Assembly (NCBI GenBank): GCA_963850555.1
Contig: CAWKLT010000013.1
Location: 125,364-189,363, forward strand
Direction: 5' to 3'
From: an uncultured Chloroflexia bacterium
GTDB lineage: Bacteria > Chloroflexota > Limnocylindria > Limnocylindrales > CSP1-4
DNA: 64,000 nucleotides
Positions 31,188 to 42,085 of the stretch are shown here, one piece after another (the stretch's first letter is position 1; each line of letters opens with the position of its first letter). The notes under the pieces were generated by a model that was not told the DNA's origin, searched no databases, and worked only from the letters and a program-made list of their open reading frames with translations. Both the position numbers and the translations under genes were made by a program.

Positions 31188-32054
31188 ATGGACGGAGGAG
31201 TGAACGTGGCGGACACCGCGGAGATCGGCGTCTTCGGAGGCTCGGGGTTCTACTCCCTTCTCGACGAGGTGCGCGAGATCAAGGTGGACACGCCGTACGG
31301 CGCGCCCTCCGATTCGGTCTTCCTGGCCGAGGTCGCCGGGCGCCGCGTGGCGTTCCTGCCTCGTCACGGCCGGCGCCACACGATCCCGCCGCACCGCATC
31401 AACTACCGGGCGAACGTGTGGGCGATGAAGTCGCTCGGCGTAAAGGCCGCCATCTCGCCATGCGCCGCGGGCTCGCTGCAGCTCGCCGTCAAGCCCGGCG
31501 ACTTCGTCGTGTGCGACCAGTTCGTGGACCGGACGAGCGGGCGCGCCGACACCTTCTTCGACGGGCCGATCGTGACCCACCTCTCGTCGGCGGAGACCTA
31601 CGACCCCACGTTGCGCCGGCTGGCGATCGAGACGATCCGCGACCACGGCATCGAGGTCCACGACCGGGGAACGGTGGTCGTCATCCAGGGTCCGAGGTTC
31701 TCGACGAAGAGTGAATCGAAGTGGTTCAGCGACGCCGGCTGGGAGGTCATCAACATGACCCAGTACCCGGAGGCCTGGCTGACGCGCGAGCTGGGGATGG
31801 CCGTCGTGAACATCAGTCTCATCACCGACTACGACGCGGGCGTCCACGAGGGCACCGAGGCGGTCAACGCGACCGACGTGCTCGAGGTCTTCCAGGCCAA
31901 CGCCGAGCGGATCCAGAAGGTCGTGCTCGACCTCATCGGTCGCTTCCCGGCAGATCTCGACGCGCTCGGCGCCGGCGCGGCGCTCGGGCCGACCCGGGGT
32001 GACGGCCACGCGGTCGCCGCCGAGGATGTCCGCCTGTTCGAGACGGAGCTCTAG
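31188..32054 (+). CDS. mtnP: S-methyl-5-prime-thioadenosine phosphorylase
   Basis: 288 aa with the PNP/MTAP family fold. Confidence 0.85.
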   Translation: MDGGVNVADTAEIGVFGGSGFYSLLDEVREIKVDTPYGAPSDSVFLAEVAGRRVAFLPRHGRRHTIPPHRINYRANVWAMKSLGVKAAISPCAAGSLQLAVKPGDFVVCDQFVDRTSGRADTFFDGPIVTHLSSAETYDPTLRRLAIETIRDHGIEVHDRGTVVVIQGPRFSTKSESKWFSDAGWEVINMTQYPEAWLTRELGMAVVNISLITDYDAGVHEGTEAVNATDVLEVFQANAERIQKVVLDLIGRFPADLDALGAGAALGPTRGDGHAVAAEDVRLFETEL

Positions 32055-32060
32055 GGCTCG

Positions 32061-32918
32061 ATGGCCACGAGCGCGCAGGCCGACGGCCGGCTCCCGATCG
32101 GCGTCTGCCTCCGCTCGATCCGGGCGGAGCCGACCTGGTGGCTCGAGAGCGCCCGCCGGCTCGACGAGGCGGGCTACGCGGGATTGTGGTCGTGGGACCA
32201 CTTCATGGGTCGTGGCGACCCGACCGTGCCCGTCGTCGAGTCCTGGACGATCCTGTCGATGGCCGCCGCGCAGACGTCGCGGGTGACGGTCGGCCCGTTC
32301 GTCATGAACGTCATGAACCGTCACCCCGCGCTCGTGGCGCGCATGACATCGACCCTCCAGATCGCGAGCGGCGGCCGCTTGATCCTGGGCATCGGCATCG
32401 GCGGCGCACCGAAGGAGCACGCGGCGTACGGGATGGACTTCCCGCCGGCCCCGCAGCGGGTGGCCCGGCTCGAGGAGGCCGTGGCCGTGATCCGCGCCCT
32501 GTGGACGGGGGGACCGATCACCCGACCCTCGCTGTTCTATCCGCTGACCGATGCCGTCGCATTCCCGGTCCCGGATCCGCCTCCACCGATCATCATCGGC
32601 GGCGAGACGGCGGCCGGGGCACGGCTCGCCGGACGGATCGGCGACGGCTGGTCGGCGTTCGACGACAACTTCGAGCAGCACCTGCCGCTCTACCTCGAGT
32701 CGCTCGAGGCCTCGGGGAAGCGACGCGAGGACCAGACCGTCCTCGTCGGGTTCCAGGGGGAGTGGCTCTCCGACGAGAGCATCCGCGACACGCCCTGGAT
32801 CGAGGCGCCGCGCGAGACCTGGGAGCGATGGCACGCGGCCGGAGCCGACGGCGCGATCGTGCTCGCCCGCACCACGGACGACGTCGACGCGCTCGTGGAG
32901 GCAACGAGCCGCTGGTGA
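32061..32918 (+). CDS. LLM-class F420-dependent oxidoreductase
   Basis: 285 aa with a TIM-barrel luciferase-like fold and an intact frame. Confidence 0.8.
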   Translation: MATSAQADGRLPIGVCLRSIRAEPTWWLESARRLDEAGYAGLWSWDHFMGRGDPTVPVVESWTILSMAAAQTSRVTVGPFVMNVMNRHPALVARMTSTLQIASGGRLILGIGIGGAPKEHAAYGMDFPPAPQRVARLEEAVAVIRALWTGGPITRPSLFYPLTDAVAFPVPDPPPPIIIGGETAAGARLAGRIGDGWSAFDDNFEQHLPLYLESLEASGKRREDQTVLVGFQGEWLSDESIRDTPWIEAPRETWERWHAAGADGAIVLARTTDDVDALVEATSRW

Positions 32919-32944
32919 CCGCGGTTCATGGCACCATCCCCGGG

Positions 32945-33471
32945 TGACCCCGAGCAACCCGAGCGTCTCGACCGGGCCCGCGACACCCGCCGGGCCCGCG
33001 ACCCCTGCCGGGCCGGCGACACCGGCCGCGCCGACCCATCCCTGCGCGCGCTGCGGCGCGCCGGTCGGGCCTGGGGTCGGGCTGTGCGAGCGCTGCAACC
33101 CGCTTGGCCTGCGCGACTCGGCGTCGTCGCAGGTCCACGGCACGGTGTTCGTGACCGTGGCGATCGCCATCGTCCTGCTGATCGTCTTCGCGCGCCTCTC
33201 GATCGCCGGCAGCGGGCCGTTCCCCGCCAGCGTCTCGGCCGTCACGCCGACCGAGGACGGCCTGGCGGTCACGGTCACGGTGACGAATGAGGGCTCGTCC
33301 GCCGGCCAGACGACGTGCCGGATCGTCGACGTCGCGGACCGGGGCGTGAGCACGAGTGCGTTCGTGCTCAGCCCACGGATCGAGCCGGGTCAGACCCTCG
33401 GCTTTCCGACCGTGGTGACCGAGTTCGGACCGGAGGCGCGGGAGCTCGCGGTCACGTGCCGGACGCCATGA
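32945..33471 (+). CDS. hypothetical zinc-ribbon membrane protein
   Basis: GTG start near 32945, (GPATPA)x3 repeat, a CxxC...CxxC ribbon (CARCGAPVGPGVGLCERC), one TM helix and a Thr/Val-rich extracytoplasmic domain. The alternative ATG at 32928 is in another frame. Confidence 0.45.
32974..33030. repeat. 18-bp tandem repeat x3 encoding GPATPA
   Basis: gggcccgcgacacccgcc gggcccgcgacccctgcc gggccggcgacaccggcc. Confidence 0.7.
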
Positions 33472-34311
33472 CACCGGCCGCAGCCGATCGCATCGCCGAG
33501 AGCGCGGACGACCTGGCGTTCGGGCTGGCGCTCGCGGCCCGCGCCGGCGAGGTGCTGATGGACCGCTACGAGCGCCTCGAGCGGATCCATCACAAGAGCG
33601 CCCGCGACGTCGTGACCGAAGCCGACCACCTGTCCGAGGAGCTGATCATCGACGCCATCCGTGCGCGCCACCCAGGCGACGCGATCCTCGCCGAGGAGAG
33701 CGGGGAGCATCGGGCGATCGCCGGCGAGGCCCCAACCTCCGGTCGGGGCCGGCTCTGGATCATCGATCCGCTGGACGGCACGGTGAACTACGCGAACGGC
33801 ATCCCGTTCTTCTGCGTGTCGATCGGGCTCATCGTGGATGGGCGCCCGTCCGTCGGCGTCGTCCACGACCCGACCCGCGGGGAGACGTTCGCGGCGACGG
33901 CCGACGGACCGGCCCTGCTGGCGGCGGCGCTCGGGTCGCCCAGCCACGCGATCACGGCGTCCGAGAAGGACAAGCTCTCCGATTTCGTCGATCTCGATGG
34001 CGCTCGGCGGGAGGGGTGCCGTCGGCCGGTCGCGGGCCGTGCGCAAGGTGATCCGCATCTCGCGCTCGATGGGCTCGGCGGCCCTGGCGCTCGCGTACGT
34101 CGGGAACGGCCGGTTCGACGCGTTCATCCAGCAGGGCGGGCTGTCCGCCTGGGACATCGCGGCCGCCGGCCTGATCGCCGAGCGGGGCGGTGCCCGGGTC
34201 ACCGCGATGGACGGCGGCCCGTGGTTCGACCTGGCGCGCGGGCCAGCGTCGAGCGGCATCCTGGCGGCCCCGGTCGCGCATCACGGGACGTTGCTCGAGC
34301 TCGTCAGGTAG
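33467..34311 (+). pseudogene. inositol monophosphatase family protein, frameshifted near 34005
   Basis: N-terminal 180 aa (metal-binding EES...WIIDPLDGT) is in ORF 33315..34718. The C-terminus AALALAYVGNGRFDAF...WDIAAAGLIAERGGARVTAMDG is in ORF 33838..34311. Confidence 0.75.
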
Positions 34312-34773
34312 GCATGGCCGGCCGACCGTCTCGCCGACGCGGGATCGCCCTTCTCGTGCTCGCGCTGGTCGCGTTGGCGTCCGGTCCTCGCCGCGTGCCA
34401 GTCCCTCCCCGACATCGTCGCCCAGCCCGAGATCCGTTGCGGCCGGTTCGAGGGTCCCGGCTGCACCGTCCTTGCCGAACTCGGCCGGCACGCGTTGCAT
34501 CGAGCGACGGAGGAACCGTCGATCGTGGCCGTCGGCGGAGCGTGCCCGGACAACGCCCGGTGCGTGCCGTCGGCGCTCGGTGGCGAGGAGGCGGCGGTCG
34601 TCGTGCGCTGGATGGACGGCACCATCGAATGGGCCACGATCCCGCTGCCGGCGACCTGGCCGGCCGGTGCTGCGGGCCCGGCCGATCGAGCGATCCGAAC
34701 CGCCGCCGGATCACCTGAAGGCACTGGTCGCTCCGGCCGGCTGAGCGGCGCGACCGAGGAGGTCGGCGGCCGT

Positions 34774-35680
34774 TCAGTCCTCGTCGAGCCAGCGGTGCGG
34801 TCGGGTCCGGAGCCGGTCCAGGCCCCACTCCTCGCAGAATGCCTCCCACGTGTCGCGCGGCGCCCCGTCCCAGCGCAGCTCGTCGGGGTCCCGCTGGCGG
34901 ATCTGGACCCCGTCCGCCTCGGTGCGCAGTCGCGCGAGATCCCGGTAGAGGAGGGCCTCGTCCCAGTGCTCGCGCAGGGTCGCCGCGAGTCCGACCGCTC
35001 GCGTGCCCCCGACGCCCGGCACCTCCCAGGCCGATGCCTTCTCGGGGATGTCCTCGAAGTGTCCGTAGCGAGCCAGGATCGCGGCCGCCCCTTTCGCTCC
35101 CCAGCCTGGCAGGCCCGGGTACCCGTCCGACGAATCGCCCACCAGCGCCAGCCAGTCGGGGATCGACGGCGGTGACACGCCCCACTTGGCACGGACCCCG
35201 GCATCGTCGTAGGTGATCCCGCGGCGGCGATCCCACAGCACGATCCGCTCGTCGCGGACGAGCTGGGCCATGTCCTTGTCCGGGGTGCAGACGAGGATCC
35301 GTTCGACGCGCTCGTCCTCTGCGAAGCGGACGGCCGCCGCCGCGATGGCATCGTCGGCCTCGAACTCGACCATGGGCCAGAGCACGACGCCGAGGGCCTC
35401 GATGGCGGCTTCCGCGATGGGGAACTGGGCGAGCAGCTCCGGCGGCATGCCGGCGGAGGACTTGTAGCCCGGGTACAGGTCGTTGCGGAACGACTCGATC
35501 ACGCGGTCGGTGGCGCAGCCGACGTGGGTGGCACCCTCCTCGCGCAGGAGGTACAGCAGCTGGTCGCACAGGCCGGACACGCCCGAGAGCACGATCCCGT
35601 CCCGGCCGATGACGTCCGGACGGGGCGCGAAATGGGCCCGGAACAGCTCGTAGGTGGCATCGACGAGGTGGAGCTGCATG
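34774..35680 (-). CDS. 5-prime-3-prime exonuclease (FEN/Pol I N-terminal nuclease family)
   Basis: Translation from the Met at 35680, MQLHLVDATYELFRAHFA..., is a PIN-like nuclease with a helix-hairpin-helix motif. Confidence 0.8.
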
Positions 35681-36288
35681 TCAGCGCATCCTCGTTTGCC
35701 ATTGCCCGACTCCGGCCGCGGCCATCTCGTCGATGGCTCGGGCACCATCGCCTGGCTCGAGATCGACGGCCGCGATCGCGTCGGTCAGCACGCTCGTCTC
35801 GTAGCCCAGGCGAGCCGCATCGAGCGCCGTGGCCTTGACGCAGTAGTCGGTCGCAAGGCCGACGACGACGACCCGCTCGATCCCGCGGCCACGGAGCACC
35901 GCGTCGAGCTCGGTCGGGGTCTCCTGCCCGGTGCTCGGGTCGCGCGTGGTGAAGCCGGAGTAGCCGTCCTCGCCGTTGACGCCCTTGCGGACCCGTGGCG
36001 CCTCATGGGGGGCCTGCGAGCGCCGGATGGAGGTGCGCGCCCCACGTATCGGCCACGCAATGGACCGGCCAGAGACCGCCGTCCTTCGCGAAATGCGGGG
36101 TCGACTCGGGGTGCCAGTCCTGGGTGAAGACGACGAGACCGTCCGCCGCCGGTCGCCATCGCGATCTCGGCGTTGATCGTCGGGACCACGGCGTCGCCCC
36201 CGGCCACCGACAGGCTCCCTGCGGGGTCGGCGAAGTCGTTCTGCACATCGACGACGATCAGGGCCGTGGCCGGGTCATAGCGCCGCAT
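35681..36288 (-). pseudogene. pncA: nicotinamidase / isochorismatase family hydrolase (PncA-like), frameshifted near 36150 and 35970
   Basis: Three frames together read MRRYDPATALIVVDVQNDFADPAGSLSV... / ...GLVVFTQDWHPESTPHFAKDGGLWPVHCVADTWGAHLHPAL / VRKGVNGEDGYSGFTT...RVVVVGLATDYCVKATALDA..., which is colinear with PncA. Confidence 0.75.
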
Positions 36289-36388
36289 GGCCCCGAGCCT
36301 ATCAGTCGGGGCGTCCGGCCGGACCGGCGAGCCGCACGCGAAGAAGCGGCGCCGGTGGCGCCGCTTCGGTAGCAGGAAGCTCGGTGAC

Positions 36389-37144
36389 CTAGCCGATCAT
36401 CGCCGAGCGCTCGTCCGGAGCCGGCTCCGGTGCCACCGTCTCCGGTGCGACCGGCGGGACGACGTCGAGCAGGTACCCGATGCCCTGGAACGTCTTGATC
36501 CGCCCGGGCTCCCCGGGCTCGGCGCCCAGCTTGCGGCGGACACGCGACACCCAGACCCGCAGGTACTGGAGGTCGTCGCGGTACTCGGGGCCCCAGACCT
36601 TGGTCAGCAGCTCCGTGTGGAGGACCACCTTGCCGGCATTCGCGGCCAGGTGCTGGAGGAGCAGCCATTCGGTCCGCGAGAGCTGGACCAGCTCCCCGTC
36701 GCGGGTGACCATGCGCCGCTCGAGGTCGATCTCGATGTCGTCGAATGCGAGGACGCCTGATCCCGGGCTGGCGCCGGACGAGCGGCGCAGGACGGCCCGG
36801 ACGCGAGCGGCCAGCTCGTCGGGGTGGAACGGCTTGGCGATGTAGTCGTCGGCGCCGAGATCGAGGCCCTTGGCCTTGTCGGCGGTCGAGCCCTTGGCGG
36901 TCAGCAGGATCACGGCGACCGGGCGCCGCTCGCGCAGCTGTCGCATGACCTCGATGCCGTCGAGGTCCGGCATGACGATGTCCAGGAGGACGATGTCGGG
37001 GCGCACCTCCTCGGCCTTCTGGAGTGCCTCCTCGCCGCCGTTGGCGGTGACGACGCGGAAACCCTCCTCACCGAGGGCGATGGAAACGAGTTTCGTGATC
37101 CGCGGCTCGTCGTCTGCGACGAGTACGAGCGGCTGGGTGCTCAC
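36389..37144 (-). CDS. OmpR-family response regulator (receiver plus winged-helix)
   Basis: 251 aa containing LVLVADDEP, the phospho-acceptor Asp, and a trans_reg_C domain. Confidence 0.9.
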   Translation of the reverse strand: MSTQPLVLVADDEPRITKLVSIALGEEGFRVVTANGGEEALQKAEEVRPDIVLLDIVMPDLDGIEVMRQLRERRPVAVILLTAKGSTADKAKGLDLGADDYIAKPFHPDELAARVRAVLRRSSGASPGSGVLAFDDIEIDLERRMVTRDGELVQLSRTEWLLLQHLAANAGKVVLHTELLTKVWGPEYRDDLQYLRVWVSRVRRKLGAEPGEPGRIKTFQGIGYLLDVVPPVAPETVAPEPAPDERSAMIG

Positions 37145-37241
37145 TCCTGTACCTCCTGGGTCGGGGTCATGGTGACGGACATGGCCTGGGGCGTCACGTC
37201 CGGCGCGCTTGGGGTCGCGCCGGACGGGCGCAGGGGCAGAC

Positions 37242-37448
37242 CTAGGAGCCGGCGGGCGCGACGCTCGGGAGCGTGACGTCCACGTTCACGTCGGTCGGCG
37301 TGGAACTCGTGTTCGCACCGGGACCGGCGAGGAAATACCACGCGCCAGCGAGCACGATGATCACGGCGATGATGCCGAGGATCATGCCGGTGCTGGAGCC
37401 GCCATCTTTGACGACGACGGTGTCGTGGTCGGTGTGCGGATCGGACAT
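37242..37448 (-). CDS. hypothetical small single-TM membrane protein (68 aa)
   Basis: ATG at 37448 with SD GGAG 8 nt upstream: MSDPHTDHDTVVVKDGGSSTGMILGIIAVIIVLAGAWYFLAG.... Confidence 0.45.
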   Translation of the reverse strand: MSDPHTDHDTVVVKDGGSSTGMILGIIAVIIVLAGAWYFLAGPGANTSSTPTDVNVDVTLPSVAPAGS

Positions 37449-37670
37449 GACTGGGACTCCTTCGTTCGATCGCGGGTGTGCGATGTCCGGTCGGCCGAGG
37501 CTCTGGACCGGCGACCGGTCGAGCGGGACCCGTCTCTGCGGACGGATGGCTCGAAGCCCCCGCAGCATGTCCCGGGACGCCTGACGCCGATGGGCCCCGG
37601 ACATTGCAATCCGGTTACATCGGCATTACAGGCGGCAGCATCGGGTGCGTCGGGGCCCCGCCCGGGCAGG

Positions 37671-38054
37671 ATGGTCTACCCTTCAGGCATGGCATACAGC
37701 GAGGCTGAGATCGATCTGATCGACCGGACCGAAGAGGTCGAGATCGAGACGAACGGTGCCGACGGCGCCGTCCATCGGACCATCATCTGGGCGGTCGTCG
37801 ACGACGGAGACGTCTTCGTCAGGTCGTATCGAGGCCCGAACGCCCGCTGGTACCGCGAGGCATTGGCCGACCCGTCCGTGGCGCTGCACGTGGATGGTCA
37901 GCGGCTTCCCGTGACGGCGGTCCTGGCGTCCGACGCAGGCTCGATCGAGCGCACCTCGACCGGCATCCTGCGCAAGTACGCGGGCGATCCGGCCGCGAAG
38001 GCCATGGTCGCGCCCGAGCTCCTCGACCTCACGCTCCGCCTCGAGCGCCAGTGA
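37671..38054 (+). CDS. DUF2255 family protein
   Basis: 127 aa ...HRTIIWAVVDDGDVFVRSYRGPNARWYREALADPSVALHVDG... matches the DUF2255 pattern as I remember it. Confidence 0.55.
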   Translation: MVYPSGMAYSEAEIDLIDRTEEVEIETNGADGAVHRTIIWAVVDDGDVFVRSYRGPNARWYREALADPSVALHVDGQRLPVTAVLASDAGSIERTSTGILRKYAGDPAAKAMVAPELLDLTLRLERQ

Positions 38055-38146
38055 CCGGAGCGCATCAACCCCCATACGCAACCTTCTGACGGCGGCCAGC
38101 CGCCGTACGATCAGCCGCGGATCGCGCGCTCTGGGAGTCGCAACGC

Positions 38147-40831
38147 ATGTACTTCGACGAATTCAAGCACCAGCTGCCGGACATCGACCCGGACGAGACC
38201 GAGGACTGGATGCAGTCGCTCGATCAGGTCGTCGAGCAGGCCGGTGAGACGCGGGCGCGCTTCCTGGTCTACAAGCTCCTCAAGCGAGCTCGCCAGCTGC
38301 AGATCGGCCTCCCGCCGCTCACCCAGACCCGCTACATCAACACGATCAGCCCGGAGCAGGAACCCGATTTCCCGGGTGACGAGGCCATGGAGCTGCGCAT
38401 CCGGCGGATCGTGCGCTGGAACGCCGTGGCGATGGTCCTGCGCGCGAACACGCGATTCGCGGGCATCGGCGGCCACCTCTCGACCTACGCGAGCTCGGCG
38501 AGCCTGTACGAGACCGGCTTCAACCACTTCTTCCGCGGCAAGGACGGGGAGGGGAGCGGCGACCAGATCTTCTACCAGGGCCATGCGGCGCCCGGGATCT
38601 ACGCCCGCGCGTTCCTGGAGGGCCGGCTGACCGAGGAGCAGCTCGACCACTTCCGCCGTGAAGGCGCCCCAGGCGTGGGCCTGAGCTCGTACCCGCACCC
38701 GCGCCTGATGCCCGACTTCTGGGAGTACCCGACGGTCTCGATGGGTCTCGGGCCGATCAGCGCCGTCTACCAGGCCCGCTTCAACCGCTACCTCCACAAC
38801 CGCGGCCAGCTCGATACCTCGAAGTCGCGGGTGTGGGCGTTCCTCGGGGACGGCGAGACCGACGAGCCCGAGTCGCTGGGGGCGCTCAACCTGGCGGCCC
38901 GCGAGGGCCTCGACAACCTGACCTTCGTCGTCAACTGCAACCTGCAGCGGCTCGACGGCCCGGTCCGCGGCAACGGCAAGATCATCCAGGAGCTCGAAGC
39001 GGTCTTCCGCGGCGCGGGCTGGAACGTCATCAAGGTCATCTGGGCGCGCGAGTGGGACGACCTTCTGGCACGCGACGTCGACGGGCTGCTCGTCCAGCAG
39101 ATGAACGAGACCCTGGACGGCGAGTTCCAGAAGTTCAGCGTGGCCGGCGGCGCCTACATCCGCGAGCACTTCTTCGGTCCGGACCAGCGGCTACGCAAGC
39201 TCGTCGAGCACCTGACCGACGACGACCTGGCGAAGCTGCGCCGGGGCGGTCACGACTACCGCAAGGTCTATGCCGCGTACAAGGCCGCGACCGAGTTCCA
39301 GGGCGCGCCGACGGTCATCCTCGCCAAGACCGTGAAGGGCTGGACCCTGGGGCCGGGCGTCGAGGCCCGCAACATCACCCACCAGGCCAAGAAGCTGTCG
39401 GAGAAGGAGCTGCAGATCTTCCGGGACCGGCTGCAGCTGCCGATCCCGGACGAGCAGCTCAAGGAAGCCCCGTACTACCACCCGGGCCCCAAGTCCGAGG
39501 AGGTCGAGTACCTGCGCGAGCGCCGCGCGGCGCTCGGCGGCTCCATCCCGAAGCGCGTCGTCCGCGCCGGGCCGCTGCCCGCGCCCGCACCCGAGGTCGA
39601 CCAGGAGTTCGCGGCCGGCAGCAAGACCGAGGTCTCGACGACCATGGTCTTCACGAGGATCCTGCGCAACCTGATCCGCGACAAGGAGCTCGGGCCGCGC
39701 ATCGTCCCGATCATCCCCGACGAGGCGCGCACGTTCGGCATGGACCCGCTGTTCAAGGAGGTCGGCATCTACGCCGCCCTCGGGCAGCGCTACGAGCCGG
39801 TCGACTCCGATCTCGTGCTCTCGTACCGCGAGGCGACCGACGGCCAGGTCCTCGAGGAGGGCATCACCGAGGCCGGCTCGATGGCCAGCTTCCAGGCGGC
39901 CGGCACCTCGTATGCCACCCATGGCCACTCGATGATCCCGTTCTACATCTTCTACTCGATGTTCGGCTTCCAGCGGACCGGGGACCAGATGTGGGCGTTC
40001 GGGGATGCCCGTGGTCGCGGCTTCCTCATGGGCGCGACGGCCGGGCGCACCACGCTGGCGGGCGAAGGCCTGCAGCACGACGACGGCCACAGCCACATCC
40101 TGGCGTCGACGGTGCCGGTCGTCCGCGGCTACGACCCGGCCTTCGCCTACGAGCTCGCCGCGATCGTGCGCGACGGGATCGAGCGCATGTACGTCAAGGG
40201 CGAGGACGTCTACTACTACATCACGCTCTACAACGAGAACTACGCCCAGCCGCCGAAGGCCGACGGCATCGACGAGGGGATCCTGCGCGGGATCTACCGG
40301 TTCGCCGAGGCCCCGCAGGTCGGGAAGGACGCGCACCCGGCCCGGCTCGTCGGCTCCGGTTCCATCCTCAACGGGGTCATCGCGGCGCGCGACCTGTTGG
40401 CCGAACGGTTCGGCGTGGCCGCCGAGGTCTACAGCGCCCCGTCGTTCCCGCTGCTGCGGCGCGACGCGCTCGAGGCCGAGCGCTGGAACCGGCTGCATCC
40501 CGACGCCAAGGACCAGCGCGTTCCGTACGTCACGACCGTGCTTCCCGGCGATGGCGGCCCGATCGTGGCTGCCACCGACTGGATGAAGGCGCTGCCCGAC
40601 ATGGTGGCGCGCTGGCTACCGGCGCCCTATGTGTCGCTCGGAACGGACGGGTTCGGCCGAAGCGGCACGCGCGAGGACCTGCGGGCGCTGTTCGAGATCG
40701 ACCCGCCCCACATCGCGGCGGCGACCCTCGTCTCCCTGGCGCGATGTGGCGCGATGGCCCCGGCCAAGGCGGCCAAGGCGATCCGCGAGCTCGGCATCGA
40801 CCCGGACAAGATCGATCCACTCGCCGGCTGA
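38147..40831 (+). CDS. aceE: pyruvate dehydrogenase E1 component (homodimeric type)
   Basis: 894 aa, intact and colinear with AceE, containing ThDP-binding and transketolase-like domains. SD GGAG upstream. Confidence 0.95.
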   Translation: MYFDEFKHQLPDIDPDETEDWMQSLDQVVEQAGETRARFLVYKLLKRARQLQIGLPPLTQTRYINTISPEQEPDFPGDEAMELRIRRIVRWNAVAMVLRANTRFAGIGGHLSTYASSASLYETGFNHFFRGKDGEGSGDQIFYQGHAAPGIYARAFLEGRLTEEQLDHFRREGAPGVGLSSYPHPRLMPDFWEYPTVSMGLGPISAVYQARFNRYLHNRGQLDTSKSRVWAFLGDGETDEPESLGALNLAAREGLDNLTFVVNCNLQRLDGPVRGNGKIIQELEAVFRGAGWNVIKVIWAREWDDLLARDVDGLLVQQMNETLDGEFQKFSVAGGAYIREHFFGPDQRLRKLVEHLTDDDLAKLRRGGHDYRKVYAAYKAATEFQGAPTVILAKTVKGWTLGPGVEARNITHQAKKLSEKELQIFRDRLQLPIPDEQLKEAPYYHPGPKSEEVEYLRERRAALGGSIPKRVVRAGPLPAPAPEVDQEFAAGSKTEVSTTMVFTRILRNLIRDKELGPRIVPIIPDEARTFGMDPLFKEVGIYAALGQRYEPVDSDLVLSYREATDGQVLEEGITEAGSMASFQAAGTSYATHGHSMIPFYIFYSMFGFQRTGDQMWAFGDARGRGFLMGATAGRTTLAGEGLQHDDGHSHILASTVPVVRGYDPAFAYELAAIVRDGIERMYVKGEDVYYYITLYNENYAQPPKADGIDEGILRGIYRFAEAPQVGKDAHPARLVGSGSILNGVIAARDLLAERFGVAAEVYSAPSFPLLRRDALEAERWNRLHPDAKDQRVPYVTTVLPGDGGPIVAATDWMKALPDMVARWLPAPYVSLGTDGFGRSGTREDLRALFEIDPPHIAAATLVSLARCGAMAPAKAAKAIRELGIDPDKIDPLAG

Positions 40832-40838
40832 GTAGCGC

Positions 40839-42085
40839 GTGCCGGCCGGCAGCACGCCGTCGCCGACGGGCGTCCTGCGACCGGGCGTCCCGGCCGACCG
40901 GACGGACCGGACCGGACTGGTCCCGCTCGCCGCGCTCTTCCTTCGGCTCGGGCTGACGGCCTTCGGTGGGCCGGCTGGCCACATCGCCATCATGCGCGAC
41001 GAGTTCGTGCGACGCCGCGGCTGGCTGGACGACGCGGCATTCGTCGACCTGATCGGCGCGGCAAACCTGATCCCCGGGCCGACATCGACCGAGCTGGCGA
41101 TGCACCTCGGCCATCGCCGCGCCGGCCGGGCAGGGCTGATCGTCGCTGGACTCGCCTTCCTGCTTCCGGCCGTGCTGATCGTCGCGGTCCTGGCCTGGCT
41201 CTACGTCGAGCACGGACAGCGCCCGGAGGTCGCGGCGCTGCTCGGGGGCATCACGCCGGTCGTCGTGGCGATCGTCGCCCATGCCGGCTGGTCGATCGGG
41301 CGCACGACCCTGCGCACGCCGGTCCACGTGGCCCTCCTTGCTGGGGCGGTCGCAGCGATCGTCGCGGGCGTGCCGGAGATCGCCGTGCTGCTCGGTGCGG
41401 GTGTCGTCTCGCTCGGACTGGCCGCCGCCCTGGGCGGCCGGAATGGCGGTGATCGGGCTGGCTCCCTTGGCCTGGCCAGAAGGCTCGGTGGCGCCGTCGC
41501 CGGTCTCGCGGGCCGCCGCCATGGCGCGAGCGCACCGCTGCCGGGGTGGCCGCCATCGCCACGCCTGGTCTCATCTTCGTGACGTTCCTCAAGATCGGCG
41601 CGGTCCTGTTCGGCAGCGGGTACGTCCTCGTGGCCCTGCTTCGCTCCGAGCTCGTGGAGGGGCTCGGATGGATCACCGAGACGCAGCTTCTGGATGCCGT
41701 CGCGGTCGGCCAGGCCACGCCGGGCCCGCTGTTCTCGACCGCGACGTTCATCGGCTACGTCGTCGGCGGACCGGTGGGCGCCGCGGCCGCTACCGTCGGG
41801 GTCTTCCTGCCGGCCTTCTTGGCGGTCGCGGTAAGCATCCCGATCCTCGATCGTCTTCGGAGCTCGGTCCGTGCCCGGGCGTTCCTCGACGGCGTCAACG
41901 CGGCAGCCGTCGGTCTGCTCGGGGTCGTGGCCGTCCAGCTGGCCATCGGCGGCGTCCGTGACATCGTTGGAGCGCTGACGCTGCTCGCGACATTCGGACT
42001 GTTGCTCCGCGGCATCGGCACCGGCTGGCTGATCGCGGCCGGGGCCGCCATCGGCGTCATTCGCTGGCTGCTGGCTCCGGGCTGA
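40839..42085 (+). CDS. chrA: chromate transporter (CHR family), two homologous halves (40839..41582 and 41546..42085) either split or joined by a frameshift
   Basis: Both halves show CHR motifs (FGGPAGHIAIMRDEFV... and FLKIGAVLFGSGYVLVALL...). They lie in different frames and overlap by about 36 nt. Confidence 0.7.

Noticed and set aside
41755-42057. C-terminal 100 aa of the histidine kinase ORF running into chrA
   Set aside because: The absence of a stop is a GC artefact. The HATPase domain is already complete, and a stop in the +1 frame at about 42058 suggests the true end.
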